NCBI GenBank assembly: GCA_964645535.1
Contig: CAZYCQ010000003.1
Span: forward strand, 32,001-96,000
Reading direction: 5' to 3'
Source of the DNA: an uncultured archaeon
GTDB taxonomy: Archaea > Asgardarchaeota > Heimdallarchaeia > Heimdallarchaeales > Kariarchaeaceae
Length of the DNA: 64,000 bases
Shown here: piece by piece, positions 33,798 through 43,647 of the stretch
How the letters are laid out: the number at the start of each line of letters is the position of its first letter
Position numbering within the stretch: position 1 is the first letter of the stretch
Notes under the pieces: model-generated
The model's input: only the letters and a program-made list of their open reading frames with translations
Database searches by the model: none
What the model was told of the DNA's origin: nothing
Made by a program: the position numbers and the translations under genes

Positions 33798-34535
33798 ATG
33801 AATAACGAAAAGACCGTAGTGGCGATTATCAGCGGGGGTCTTGATTCAACAACAATGCTTTGGTTTCTTATGTCAGAGGGCTATGATGTCATAGAAACCA
33901 TCAGTTTCAATTATGGGCAAAGACATGTCAAGGAACTCGATTCAGCGAGGCAGATTGTGGAGAAATTCAACAACCAATTCAACAAAGAGATAGATCATCA
34001 AATTGTTGATTTACGAGAAGTAGGTAAATTAATTTCAAAGGGAGCCCTTACAGGAAAGGAAGATGTCCCTAAAGAGATGTATGACCGTGAGAGTCAGAAA
34101 GTGACTGTGGTTCCCAACAGAAATGGAATCATGCTGAACATCGCTGCTGGAAGGGCAGTGACCATAGGTGCCCGGTATATTGCGTATGCTGCGCATGCAA
34201 GTGACTATAGCGTCTATCCAGATTGCAGACCGGAATATATTGAAGCCATGGACAAGGCAATTTATTTGGGGAATCTTTGGGATCCCGTCAACATTTTGGC
34301 ACCATTCAAGCATCTTTCAAAAGGAGAAGTTACAGGAGTTGCAATGAAAGTGGGGGCTCCTTTGGAATTGACATGGAGTTGCTATCAAGGGGGAGAAAGA
34401 CCATGTCTGGAATGCGGAACCTGTCTTGAAAGAACAGAGGCTTTTTTACAGATTGGTGAATCCGATCCGTCCTTAACTGATGAAGAATGGAAACTGGCAG
34501 TTGAACAATACAAAAAGCATGCTGCAAAGGATTGA
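33798..34535 (+). CDS. queC: 7-cyano-7-deazaguanine (preQ0) synthase
   Basis: SGGLDS, FNYGQRH, VPNRN, YPDCR and TWSCY..CxxCxxC motifs. Confidence 0.95.
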   Translation: MNNEKTVVAIISGGLDSTTMLWFLMSEGYDVIETISFNYGQRHVKELDSARQIVEKFNNQFNKEIDHQIVDLREVGKLISKGALTGKEDVPKEMYDRESQKVTVVPNRNGIMLNIAAGRAVTIGARYIAYAAHASDYSVYPDCRPEYIEAMDKAIYLGNLWDPVNILAPFKHLSKGEVTGVAMKVGAPLELTWSCYQGGERPCLECGTCLERTEAFLQIGESDPSLTDEEWKLAVEQYKKHAAKD

Positions 34536-34615
34536 TATATTTGTCGGAATTCGTTATCCTTTTGAGGGTAACCAATCAGAAGAGTTTTTATAAAAAACTC
34601 CTAATGTATTAAATA

Positions 34616-35410
34616 ATGAATGCACACCCAACAAAGATTGAACCACCTCGGCTAAATTTCTTCTATACGGCAGTCATGCTCATCATGACAATTTCATGGT
34701 TTATTTCCATGATACGATCGTCAATCTTGATGGCTCAGGAGCAGGCTCCGAATTTTAAGCTGATTGCCTCAATTGCTACATCTGCCATTTTGTTTTCAGT
34801 CAGTATACCTGTGACCATTCTTTTTTACTTGTCTAGCACTGGAAGACAACTTGATAAGGTTAGCGTGATTCTTCCTGCAAACCTAGTGCACGCCTTGAAC
34901 CGATGGATAGAGGGGATATTCACAGAAGGAACTTCAACAGAAAATGCCATAGTGGTTGTTGGTTTTTTGATACTTGGAGCATTCATAGGCCAAACAACAG
35001 TTAACCAATTTCAAGAGGGAATTTTTCCAGTTGCATTGATTCTTGGTCTTGTCCTTTATTCAATTGATCAACGAGGAAAGAAGAAAAAACGTCTCATTGC
35101 CATGCTTCGACATGATGAACGGATTCCCCTGAAAATTGCAAGTAAAAGACTGGATCTGAGCACGAAAAATCTAATTAAGATGGTTTTTGACCTATCCTCA
35201 GAAGGTCATCCGATTGCGGTGGATACCGAATCCAAATATGTCTACAGGACAAAAGACCTTTCTGAAAATACAGAAACAGTTAGTACGCAAGTGCAGGAAA
35301 GTGGACAAAGAATGGTGGGCGAGATATGTGCTTATTGCGGAGAAGCTAATCCAATTGTTGGAGCAAAGTTTTGCATTAAATGCGGAGCATCAATGGTGCC
35401 TGCAAAATGA
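34616..35410 (+). CDS. Membrane protein with wHTH-like segment and C-terminal zinc ribbon
   Basis: About 4 N-terminal hydrophobic segments; IPLKIASKRLDLS..LIKMVFDL wHTH-like stretch; CAYC..CIKC. Confidence 0.7.
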   Translation: MNAHPTKIEPPRLNFFYTAVMLIMTISWFISMIRSSILMAQEQAPNFKLIASIATSAILFSVSIPVTILFYLSSTGRQLDKVSVILPANLVHALNRWIEGIFTEGTSTENAIVVVGFLILGAFIGQTTVNQFQEGIFPVALILGLVLYSIDQRGKKKKRLIAMLRHDERIPLKIASKRLDLSTKNLIKMVFDLSSEGHPIAVDTESKYVYRTKDLSENTETVSTQVQESGQRMVGEICAYCGEANPIVGAKFCIKCGASMVPAK

Positions 35411-35420
35411 GGGATGAAAA

Positions 35421-36440
35421 ATGACAAGTGAAGAGGACATCATCGACTTGCTTACCAAAATTTCGACCAAAGGGTTCACGAATCTCCAAGCAAAAGCGTA
35501 TCTTTCCCTCCTGAAACTAGGCGAAGGAACAGGATCTGCAATTGCAGAGCAAGCCGGAATCAATAGGTCAAAGATCTATGATGTCCTAGGTGATCTAGAA
35601 CTTATGGGGGCTGTAAGGAGAATATCCCGGGAAGGAAAAACAATCTATGTTGGAATAGATCCGAACGAGGTTCTTGAAAAATTAAAGGGGGATTTCATTG
35701 CCGATTTGGAAATATCGAAAAAGGCTCTTGAAAGAATAAAAAATACCTTCGGCTTTCTGGATGAAGCATCGGTTACACTTTCAAGAATGCAAACAAAAAA
35801 CCTGAACATCAATGATTTCAGCATCATGATTTCTACAACTCAACGTGCAAGGGGGCAACTCCTGGAACTTCTACCTCCAGAAAATAGGCCTTCGGAAGAA
35901 GTTACTTTGCTTGAATTGGGAAAACGACCTACAAAAGGAGATTTGATCATGCTTATTGGGGATTACGAGGTTTTGCTCTTTAACGCGCCAACCTCTTCCC
36001 AAATCAAAAACGTTCTAAGATTCTTAGGGCGGGAATTCAGTATTTTTTTCAAAGGTATTGTTAATCATCTGTGGGATCAGTATTTGCCTCAGCACATCAT
36101 CGAGGATATACAGAAAGGGGACAGACTTCTCCTCGCCAAGGAGATGGTGACATTGATGAGATATCGCTTGGCAAATGGAGCCATCAGGAATGAACACCTA
36201 CGACCGGTTCCTATGCTGATAACTGACACTCACATCTCATTCATCTATCTTGACGAAGAAGACCCAAAAATACCGATTAAGAATATCAAAACCATTAAGA
36301 TCGAAAATGGAATGATTTTCTGTGATCTGTATTCGGCAACAGGCAACAAGCTTGCAACACTTGAATTTAAACCTTTAAGCAACACTCTTATGATTCGGAA
36401 TCTGATTTCTGTACTTATTTCCGATCGTCTGCGGAATTGA
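35421..36440 (+). CDS. TrmB-family transcriptional regulator with atypical C-terminal domain
   Basis: GFTNLQAKAYLSLL..A..AGINRSKIYDVL..LE.MG.V N-terminal TrmB HTH. Confidence 0.85.
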   Translation: MTSEEDIIDLLTKISTKGFTNLQAKAYLSLLKLGEGTGSAIAEQAGINRSKIYDVLGDLELMGAVRRISREGKTIYVGIDPNEVLEKLKGDFIADLEISKKALERIKNTFGFLDEASVTLSRMQTKNLNINDFSIMISTTQRARGQLLELLPPENRPSEEVTLLELGKRPTKGDLIMLIGDYEVLLFNAPTSSQIKNVLRFLGREFSIFFKGIVNHLWDQYLPQHIIEDIQKGDRLLLAKEMVTLMRYRLANGAIRNEHLRPVPMLITDTHISFIYLDEEDPKIPIKNIKTIKIENGMIFCDLYSATGNKLATLEFKPLSNTLMIRNLISVLISDRLRN

Positions 36441-36885
36441 GCTGCCGGATTATTTTCATGACTACATCATCAAGTGATTCCTTGATTTCATGTTCCCAAA
36501 TGCGAATTATTGTCCACTCAAGTTGCTCTAGGTTTTCTGTGTCCTCCCTGTCTCGTTCTTTGTTTCTAGAGATTTTCTTTTTCCAGAAATCCACATTTGA
36601 CTTTGGCTCCCTATAGCATTTGGGGCATGCATGCCAGAAGCAACCGTCAATGAAAATGGCGATTTTTTTATTAGGAAATGCTATATCAGGCCTGATAACC
36701 TTGGTCATCCCTTGAATTGGATAATGAATACGATATCGGTATCCACTGTTCCAAAGCAACTTTCTTACTTGAAGTTCAGGCTTTGTGTTCTTTCCTCGAA
36801 TTTTGCTCATTATTCGGGATCGAACATCTGCAGAGAATTTGTCAGGCACCTGAATAGGATTTGGAAAGGGCATTATAAACATCAT
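36415..36885 (-). CDS. vsr: Very short patch repair endonuclease
   Basis: D.F..RSRIMSKIRGKNTKPE, PDIAF, AIFIDGCFWH.CP, FW..KI..N..RD and IRIWEH motifs. Confidence 0.93.
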   Translation of the reverse strand: MMFIMPFPNPIQVPDKFSADVRSRIMSKIRGKNTKPELQVRKLLWNSGYRYRIHYPIQGMTKVIRPDIAFPNKKIAIFIDGCFWHACPKCYREPKSNVDFWKKKISRNKERDREDTENLEQLEWTIIRIWEHEIKESLDDVVMKIIRQLNSADDRK

Positions 36886-36970
36886 GCTTTAGAGAATATC
36901 GTGCATTCTTGGAAAAAACCATAGGTTGCCGCAATATTACATCTCATAAGGACTGACAAAAACAGGATGT

Positions 36971-38800
36971 ATGGATGACTTCAAGTATTATTTGGGTATT
37001 GAAACTACAGGAGGTGCAACATGGAGCCCGGATTCAAAACGAATTGCGTTTGTCTATGATGCACCAGGCAATTTGCAAGTTTACAGTGTAGAGGCGAAAA
37101 AAGCACTTTCTTGGCCAGAAAAGAAAACGTTCAGTGAAGATAGATGCACAAATCCAAGATTCTTGAAAACAGGAGAAATAATTTTCCAGACAGATAAAGG
37201 AGGAAATGAAAATTTTCAAGTTTACATGATTAACAAGAATAATGGAATCATCAAGGTGACAGATTATCCCAATTCAAAAATCTTGATTAATTATATTACA
37301 GATAATCACGTTTATGTTTCAGCTAACATTCGTGATAAAAGGTCTTTTGGGATATACCGATTTTCTACCTCGTTTTTTGAACTTGAAGAAGTTATCTCCC
37401 CTGATGAAGGATTGTACCGCATTGGAACAATAGACAAGGAAGAGAAGAAAATAGCCATAGTACGACCATCCTCCAATGTTCACACAGAAATCCTGATCTA
37501 TGATATGGAAACAAGACAAGTGAATAAACTGACAGAAAAAAATTTTGAAGAACATGCAGTCTGGTCACCTGTCAAATTCCTAACGGAAAATAAACTACTT
37601 GTTGTAACGGATTACCAGAATGACTTCAGAAAATTAGGGATCTTGACTCTTTCAGGAAAATTCGATCCCCTAGATGCAAAATCTCCCTATGACATTACGT
37701 CAATTGATTGGAGCTATGAGGATGACGCAATATTCTTTTCTGAAAACAGGGAAGGCTACAATGTTCTTTTCCAAACCATAATAACAGAAAATGGAATGAC
37801 TGAAAAGAAAGAAATACCCTTGCCTTTCAAGGGAGTCATTGTCCAAGGAGATACCAGATCTTTTACCAAAGGAATTTCACGTTCACCCGATGGTAATTGG
37901 TTAGCTGTAACCTTGTCTTCATCTACAGAACCCACTAGCATCTGGATTTATGATCTGAAAGAAAGGGAATGGTACAGAATAACACAACCAAGCACGGCTG
38001 GGTTAGACAGAAATGCATTTTCAAAAGAGGAATTGCTTAGATACAAAAGCTTTGATGGACTGGAAATTCCATATTTCAGGTATTTGCCAAGATCGTCAAT
38101 GCCAAAAGGAGGATTTCCTGCAATCCTGATGATACATGGAGGACCAGAAGCACAATTCCGTCCTACATTCAACCCCATCATACAATTTTACCTTTCAGCA
38201 GGCTTTGCAGTAATTGCCCCGAATATTAGAGGAAGTGCTGGCTATGGACGGAAGTATCTTGATGCAGATAACAAGGAAAAACGACTAGATGCAATAAGGG
38301 ATATCGCTGAACTTGCCAAACATCTCAAGAATGAGGACAATGAAATCAATGGCGAAAAGCTTGTAATATATGGAGGTAGTTATGGTGGATTTGCAGTCTT
38401 GTCCTGCTTGACTGAGTATCCTGATTTATGGAAAGCGGGAGTCGATATTGTCGGAATTTCTGATTTCGTGACCTTCCTCAAGAACACAGCCGCTTGGCGA
38501 AGAAAATTGAGAGAAGCGGAATACGGGTCACTTGAGGACGATTATGAGACTTTAGTGAAGATTTCACCCATTCATAAAGTTGATCGAATCAAAGCACCTC
38601 TATTCATTATTCAAGGAGACAATGATGAGCGTGTACCTCTGTCTGAATCTATTCAGATTTATGAATCACTTCAAAAAAGAGGGATTGAAACCCGATTGTT
38701 GAGATTTGCTGATGAAGGACATGGAGTAGTAAAATTGAAAAATAAGATTAAAGCTTATCCTGAAGTTCTGAATTGGCTTCAGGAAATTGTCAACCGCTGA
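36971..38800 (+). CDS. S9 family peptidase (acylaminoacyl/dipeptidyl peptidase-like)
   Basis: WSPD propeller N-terminus; IHGGPE, PNIRGS.GYG, GGSYGG nucleophile, QGDND.RVP and DEGHG motifs. Confidence 0.94.
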   Translation: MDDFKYYLGIETTGGATWSPDSKRIAFVYDAPGNLQVYSVEAKKALSWPEKKTFSEDRCTNPRFLKTGEIIFQTDKGGNENFQVYMINKNNGIIKVTDYPNSKILINYITDNHVYVSANIRDKRSFGIYRFSTSFFELEEVISPDEGLYRIGTIDKEEKKIAIVRPSSNVHTEILIYDMETRQVNKLTEKNFEEHAVWSPVKFLTENKLLVVTDYQNDFRKLGILTLSGKFDPLDAKSPYDITSIDWSYEDDAIFFSENREGYNVLFQTIITENGMTEKKEIPLPFKGVIVQGDTRSFTKGISRSPDGNWLAVTLSSSTEPTSIWIYDLKEREWYRITQPSTAGLDRNAFSKEELLRYKSFDGLEIPYFRYLPRSSMPKGGFPAILMIHGGPEAQFRPTFNPIIQFYLSAGFAVIAPNIRGSAGYGRKYLDADNKEKRLDAIRDIAELAKHLKNEDNEINGEKLVIYGGSYGGFAVLSCLTEYPDLWKAGVDIVGISDFVTFLKNTAAWRRKLREAEYGSLEDDYETLVKISPIHKVDRIKAPLFIIQGDNDERVPLSESIQIYESLQKRGIETRLLRFADEGHGVVKLKNKIKAYPEVLNWLQEIVNR

Positions 38801-39194
38801 CATGAACTGAAGTAGGCTTGACAAAAACAATTAACCTCTTCTGTCCCTCAGGTATGGGAAAATCTCGATTATCACCCCAATATTTATGCGCAAGCTTGTT
38901 GATATGAGCCTTGGCCTTTTCTTGATCATCATCTATTGAAACAACCTTCCCTTGGAGAGAGATATATCTGTAGGGATTATCCGAATCTGGGACTGAAAGA
39001 GCCACCATTGGATTGGATCGAATATTTTTGACTTTCAACCTACCTTCCGCGGTATTGAAAACAACATATCCAGTTTCATGGTCATATTCGATCCAAATTG
39101 GCGTGACTTGGGGCTGACACTTTGTGTTGACTGTTGCAAGAAAGCCAACATGTGATCCTTCCATTAGATCCAGATAATCTTCAGGAATACTCAT
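38790..39194 (-). CDS. PPOX-class (pyridoxamine 5'-phosphate oxidase-like) flavin/F420-binding oxidoreductase
   Basis: LATVN...PQVTPIW, FNTAEGRLKVKNIRSNPMVALSV.D..NPYRY and LAHKY motifs; ATG 39194 preferred. Confidence 0.88.
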   Translation of the reverse strand: MSIPEDYLDLMEGSHVGFLATVNTKCQPQVTPIWIEYDHETGYVVFNTAEGRLKVKNIRSNPMVALSVPDSDNPYRYISLQGKVVSIDDDQEKAKAHINKLAHKYWGDNRDFPIPEGQKRLIVFVKPTSVHVSG

Positions 39195-39287
39195 AGCATA
39201 AATGGAAAATGACAAGATTATACTTTTTCGTTTGTCCTATTTTTGGAGTTGTTCCTATATCTACGTCCTTAGAAAAAACTATTTGGA

Positions 39288-40679
39288 ATGGAAGGAAGTT
39301 CTGAAATCGTGACTTCCGAGCCGACAATATCTGCACGGGAAAGAGAAGCACTTTCCAGGTCTCCGATAAAAAAACTTGAAAATCCATATCGAAAATTCAT
39401 CAGGAATGAAGCAGTAAGTGGAGTAATTCTTGTTCTTTCGATTTTCATTGCACTTGTGTGGGCGAACCTTTCATCAACCTATGAGCATATTTGGGAAGCA
39501 GAACTAACTTTTGAATTCGAGAAAATAAAGTTTCAAACTAATTTACATTTCCTCATAAATGAATTTTTGATGACAGCCTTTTTCTTGCTTGTTGGCTTGG
39601 AGATCAAACGAGAATTGTTGTTTGGAGAACTGCGAAATTTCAGAGTGGCAATTCTCCCGCTTTTTGGAGCCATCGGAGGAATGGTAGTGCCCGTTTTGCT
39701 TTATGCATCGATTAATCCGCCGGGATCACCGTATTTTAAAGGATGGGCAATTCCTATGGCGACTGATATTGCCTTTGCATTGGGGATACTCTACATGATG
39801 GGGAATCGGGTACCTCATTCTCTCAAAATCTTCTTGGCATCTCTTGCCATTTTTGATGATCTTGGTTCAATAATGGTAATTGCCATATTTTATTCAAAAG
39901 GAATAGAAGTTGAATATCTCCTCCTAAGTGCAATATTCATCCTTTTGCTTTTCCTATTGAATAAATTTAATTTACGAGTTCTGAGAATTTATTTTCTGAT
40001 TGGTTTCGGACTGTGGATTTCCCTATACCTTGCAGGGGTCCATCCAACATTGGCAGGAGTCATTATCGCCCTATTCATTCCAGAACAACAACATCTTGAT
40101 TTTATTGAGTTTGAAGAAATAGGTTTTCAACTCTTAAACAAAATGGATAATTACCTCAAAGACAATGAATTGAAGAAATATGAAGTCGAACCATTTATGG
40201 ATACGATTCAAACTTTAAGGATCGCATGTGATGAGGTATTGTCACCGCTTCAACGCCTAGAATACAATCTTTCCCCCATGGTCACATTCTATATTATTCC
40301 CCTTTTCGTTTTTGCCAATGCGGGAATCAGTTTTACTGGGTCATTTGCAGAACGAATAATTGAACCTGTTGCATTGGGTGTTATCACGGGATTAGTGTTC
40401 GGAAAGCCTCTGGGAATTTTTCTCTTTTCCCAAATACCACTGAAACTTAAATGGGCATCACTTCCTAGGAGCATGACAGTTGGACACTTATTTAGTGCAG
40501 GACTGATTGGAGGAATAGGCTTTACCATGTCTACATTTATACTTACCTTGACTTTTACAGACCATGAGATCATAGAATCAACAAAAATTGCGATTCTCAT
40601 GGCATCTTTTATTGCAGCGGTTTTGGGAATGGTGTCAATCAAATTTCTTGACAAGAAAAACAAAAAAACAAGGGATTGA
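39288..40679 (+). CDS. nhaA: Na+/H+ antiporter
   Basis: FFLLVGLEIKRE, GWAIPMATDIAFALG, LAIFDDLG, GVHPTLAG, GKPLGI and GIGFTMS motifs. Confidence 0.95.
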   Translation: MEGSSEIVTSEPTISAREREALSRSPIKKLENPYRKFIRNEAVSGVILVLSIFIALVWANLSSTYEHIWEAELTFEFEKIKFQTNLHFLINEFLMTAFFLLVGLEIKRELLFGELRNFRVAILPLFGAIGGMVVPVLLYASINPPGSPYFKGWAIPMATDIAFALGILYMMGNRVPHSLKIFLASLAIFDDLGSIMVIAIFYSKGIEVEYLLLSAIFILLLFLLNKFNLRVLRIYFLIGFGLWISLYLAGVHPTLAGVIIALFIPEQQHLDFIEFEEIGFQLLNKMDNYLKDNELKKYEVEPFMDTIQTLRIACDEVLSPLQRLEYNLSPMVTFYIIPLFVFANAGISFTGSFAERIIEPVALGVITGLVFGKPLGIFLFSQIPLKLKWASLPRSMTVGHLFSAGLIGGIGFTMSTFILTLTFTDHEIIESTKIAILMASFIAAVLGMVSIKFLDKKNKKTRD

Positions 40680-40739
40680 AATCATATTGCAATGGCAGGT
40701 GAAACAATGTTAAAGAATAATGATAGATAGTTTTACTTA

Positions 40740-41321
40740 ATGGCAAATGGAAATCAGACCCCGTCATATATTATCAAGGTGATTATGCTTGGTTATACTC
40801 GTGCCGGTAAGACCGCATTATTGAAAAAATATATGGACGGGACTTTTCCATCTAAATATACACCTACCCAACCAATGAATCTTGAAAGTAAAAGAATGGA
40901 GATAGATGGTCGGTTGACCCAAGTTTCCATATGGGATATTGGATCCCAAATGGGCTATGACACACTATTGCCCATGTATTATCGTGGAGCTTTAGGGGCA
41001 ATCATTGTTTTTGATTTGACTCATAAGAAATCCTTTGAAGTTGTTCCTACTTTGTTAAATGAAATTAAGAAGCATAATCCTGCAATTCCATTAGCCATTG
41101 TGGGGAATAAGGTCGATTTGAGGGATGAAAGACAAATAACACCTGAAGAAATTTCGGAGCTTATGGATAAACTTCGACAAGATTGGCCGAAAAAAATATC
41201 ATATTTTGAAGTTTCTGCAAAAGGAGAACAAATGAAAATTCGACCCATATTTGAGAATCTAGTACGGGAAATCATTAGAGGAGTTGCAACAGACGAAGAC
41301 GAAGAAGAAGTTTTCATATAA
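40740..41321 (+). CDS. Rab-like small GTPase (Ras superfamily)
   Basis: G1 GYTRAGKT, G2 YTPT, G3 WDIGSQ, YYRGA, G4 GNKVD and G5 EVSAK; no C-terminal Cys. Confidence 0.92.
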   Translation: MANGNQTPSYIIKVIMLGYTRAGKTALLKKYMDGTFPSKYTPTQPMNLESKRMEIDGRLTQVSIWDIGSQMGYDTLLPMYYRGALGAIIVFDLTHKKSFEVVPTLLNEIKKHNPAIPLAIVGNKVDLRDERQITPEEISELMDKLRQDWPKKISYFEVSAKGEQMKIRPIFENLVREIIRGVATDEDEEEVFI

Positions 41322-41991
41322 TCTCCAAGTGTTGGAAAGTTGTAACAACGCAGTCAATACCAATATCCTTGAAGGCACTGATATCTGTTTTTCCTGTTAG
41401 AACACCAATGAAACGGATACCCGCACCAGTACATGAAAGAGCATCATGAATGCTATCTCCAATACCTATCACTTCAGTTTCCTTTAAGCCAGTAATTGCA
41501 AGACCTTTCTTGAATGGTTCAGGATCAGGTTTTCCTTTTGTGATATCTTCACCACTGACAATATAGTCTACCTTCTTTAAAAGACCTGCATTTCTTAATA
41601 GAGTCTTTACTAATTCTCGGTAAGTACTGCTTATTACCACACGAGTTACTCCTTTCTGCTCCAAAAGATCAAGCAGATTTTCCACACCTGGAAAAGGTCG
41701 GACGTCTTTAATCAGTGTTTCCAAGTACCCCTCTTTTTCAGTGGCAGCTTTCCAGGCATCTTCAGGAGAAATGTCAGACATGAAAGTCTTGATTATATCG
41801 TGGGGGGTTCGACCCATCATGCCTTCCAATTCCGACTTGGTCACATTCTTACCTAACTTTCGTAAAATCCATTGAAAAGCTTCGATGTGAAGATCCAAGG
41901 TATTGATTAGAGTGCCATCAAGATCAAAGAGAATGGCTTTGACATTTTCAATAGTACAAACCCCTTCTTCCCCCTTAACTTTAAGAAGCAT
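41314..41991 (-). CDS. HAD-superfamily phosphatase (beta-PGM/CbbY-like)
   Basis: LFDLDGTL, KGKPDPEPF and IGDSIHD motifs. Confidence 0.92.
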   Translation of the reverse strand: MLLKVKGEEGVCTIENVKAILFDLDGTLINTLDLHIEAFQWILRKLGKNVTKSELEGMMGRTPHDIIKTFMSDISPEDAWKAATEKEGYLETLIKDVRPFPGVENLLDLLEQKGVTRVVISSTYRELVKTLLRNAGLLKKVDYIVSGEDITKGKPDPEPFKKGLAITGLKETEVIGIGDSIHDALSCTGAGIRFIGVLTGKTDISAFKDIGIDCVVTTFQHLEII

Positions 41992-42039
41992 TTGTCGTAA
42001 TTTTTTCTCATACCTAAATTAATGCTTTCAAATCACCCA

Positions 42040-42861
42040 TTATGCCTTTGAAGGATCAACTTCATGTGGGAAGAAAAGAAGACGCCCCTCCATTCCTCCT
42101 GTAACTGCAATGTTTTGTCCAGAAATATGACCGCTTACCCTAGATGAAAGCAAGGAGACAACAGGATATGCAATATCCTTTGGAGTCGCTATCTTCCTGA
42201 GTGCAGTTGTTTGCAATACCTTTGTAACAGATGTCTCATCTTTAAGACCATCTTCTGCCATTGGAGTTTTTACCCATCCAGGACTTACCAAGTTAATTCG
42301 ACCATGTTCGGAGATACGGACTATTTCATTCTTTATACTAAGCATAAATCCCCAGAGGGCTGCTTTAGAAGAGGAATAATCTATATGACCAGCTTCTCCG
42401 AATATCCCCGCAGTGGATCCAATCAGGACAATTGCAGGATCATGCACAGGAGATCGTTTCAGGAGTCTTAGAAATTCTCTTGTACAAAGGAAAATAGAGG
42501 TCAAGTTTGTCCGCAAGGTATTTTCCCATTGAGCAAGTTTCATGTCCGTGATGGGCGTATCATTCGGAGGCCAAATGCCTGCATTATTGACCAGACCATC
42601 CATGCCGTCCAGAGTTTCTTCAATAGTCCTGAACATGCCAATGATGTCATCTTCATTTTTCAAATCTGCCTGAACCAGTAATGGTTCTTTGTCTGCAATT
42701 GTGGTAGCAAAGTTAACCAGTTCTTTGGCACCATTGATATTTGAATTGTAGTGTGCAATAACAATGGCACCTTCCTCAATAAGCAGTTTGGAAATAGCAC
42801 GACCTATCCCACCCGAGGCGCCAGTAACAAGAATGCGTTTTCCTTTAAGGCCTAGATCCAT
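42040..42861 (-). CDS. Short-chain dehydrogenase/reductase
   Basis: TGASGGIG, NNAG, YSSSK and SPGWV.TPM motifs. Confidence 0.93.
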   Translation of the reverse strand: MDLGLKGKRILVTGASGGIGRAISKLLIEEGAIVIAHYNSNINGAKELVNFATTIADKEPLLVQADLKNEDDIIGMFRTIEETLDGMDGLVNNAGIWPPNDTPITDMKLAQWENTLRTNLTSIFLCTREFLRLLKRSPVHDPAIVLIGSTAGIFGEAGHIDYSSSKAALWGFMLSIKNEIVRISEHGRINLVSPGWVKTPMAEDGLKDETSVTKVLQTTALRKIATPKDIAYPVVSLLSSRVSGHISGQNIAVTGGMEGRLLFFPHEVDPSKA

Positions 42862-42895
42862 AATCTTGGAAAAAGAGGCCAGAATTTAAACTCTC

Positions 42896-43606
42896 TCAGC
42901 TCAAGAGAAATTCATGCAATTCTTTCAACGAACCTCTGAAATCCGGTTCGGTCGCCTTCGGATGATCGTGATTTGTAACATGCGTATCGGTCAACCAACT
43001 CCGTATCCCCAATCTTTTCGAGGCTGTATCGAAAAGCAGATCGTTTCCCACCATCAACGTCCTTTCGGGCTCGCTTCTACTGATTTCAAGAAGGGATTGG
43101 AAGTATTGTGGATAAGGTTTACAGAAAAATGAGTTTTCAGCATGCGTATAATGAATAAAGTCATTCTTGTCAAGACCTGCCCACATTATTCGTTTCTCAG
43201 TTGCCACCTTGTAGAATACTGGTTGTGTTGCCAAGACAAGTTTATAGCCAGCTTCCTTCAGATCCTCAATGAGCTTGGAACCATAGGGCACTGGAAAGGA
43301 AACTGCCTTCAATTTGTCAAAAGTAGTATTATAAAATCTGATAAACCGAGATTTGGCCTCGTCATGAGTCAATCCAGTGATAGGGGCGAAATACTCAAAA
43401 AATGCATCAACAACAGGTCGGGGTTTTGTATTATTCAGCATTGCCTCAGTTCCTTTCCATAGATGTTTGACAAATTCGTCAAAAGAAACCACATCCAAAA
43501 AAAATTTTGCCGCTTCTTGAATATAGATTTTTTCAAAATCAGCATCTGAAAGGTCAAGCAGAGTTCCATCTAAATCAAAAAAAATGGTATCGAAATCTTT
43601 CACCAT
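42896..43606 (-). CDS. HAD-superfamily hydrolase
   Basis: FFDLDGTLL, LATQP, CKP...YF and MVGND...D motifs. Confidence 0.9.
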   Translation of the reverse strand: MVKDFDTIFFDLDGTLLDLSDADFEKIYIQEAAKFFLDVVSFDEFVKHLWKGTEAMLNNTKPRPVVDAFFEYFAPITGLTHDEAKSRFIRFYNTTFDKLKAVSFPVPYGSKLIEDLKEAGYKLVLATQPVFYKVATEKRIMWAGLDKNDFIHYTHAENSFFCKPYPQYFQSLLEISRSEPERTLMVGNDLLFDTASKRLGIRSWLTDTHVTNHDHPKATEPDFRGSLKELHEFLLS

Positions 43607-43647
43607 TTAACTTGAAAAAACAGTAGTATAAAACTATTTCAGATTGA

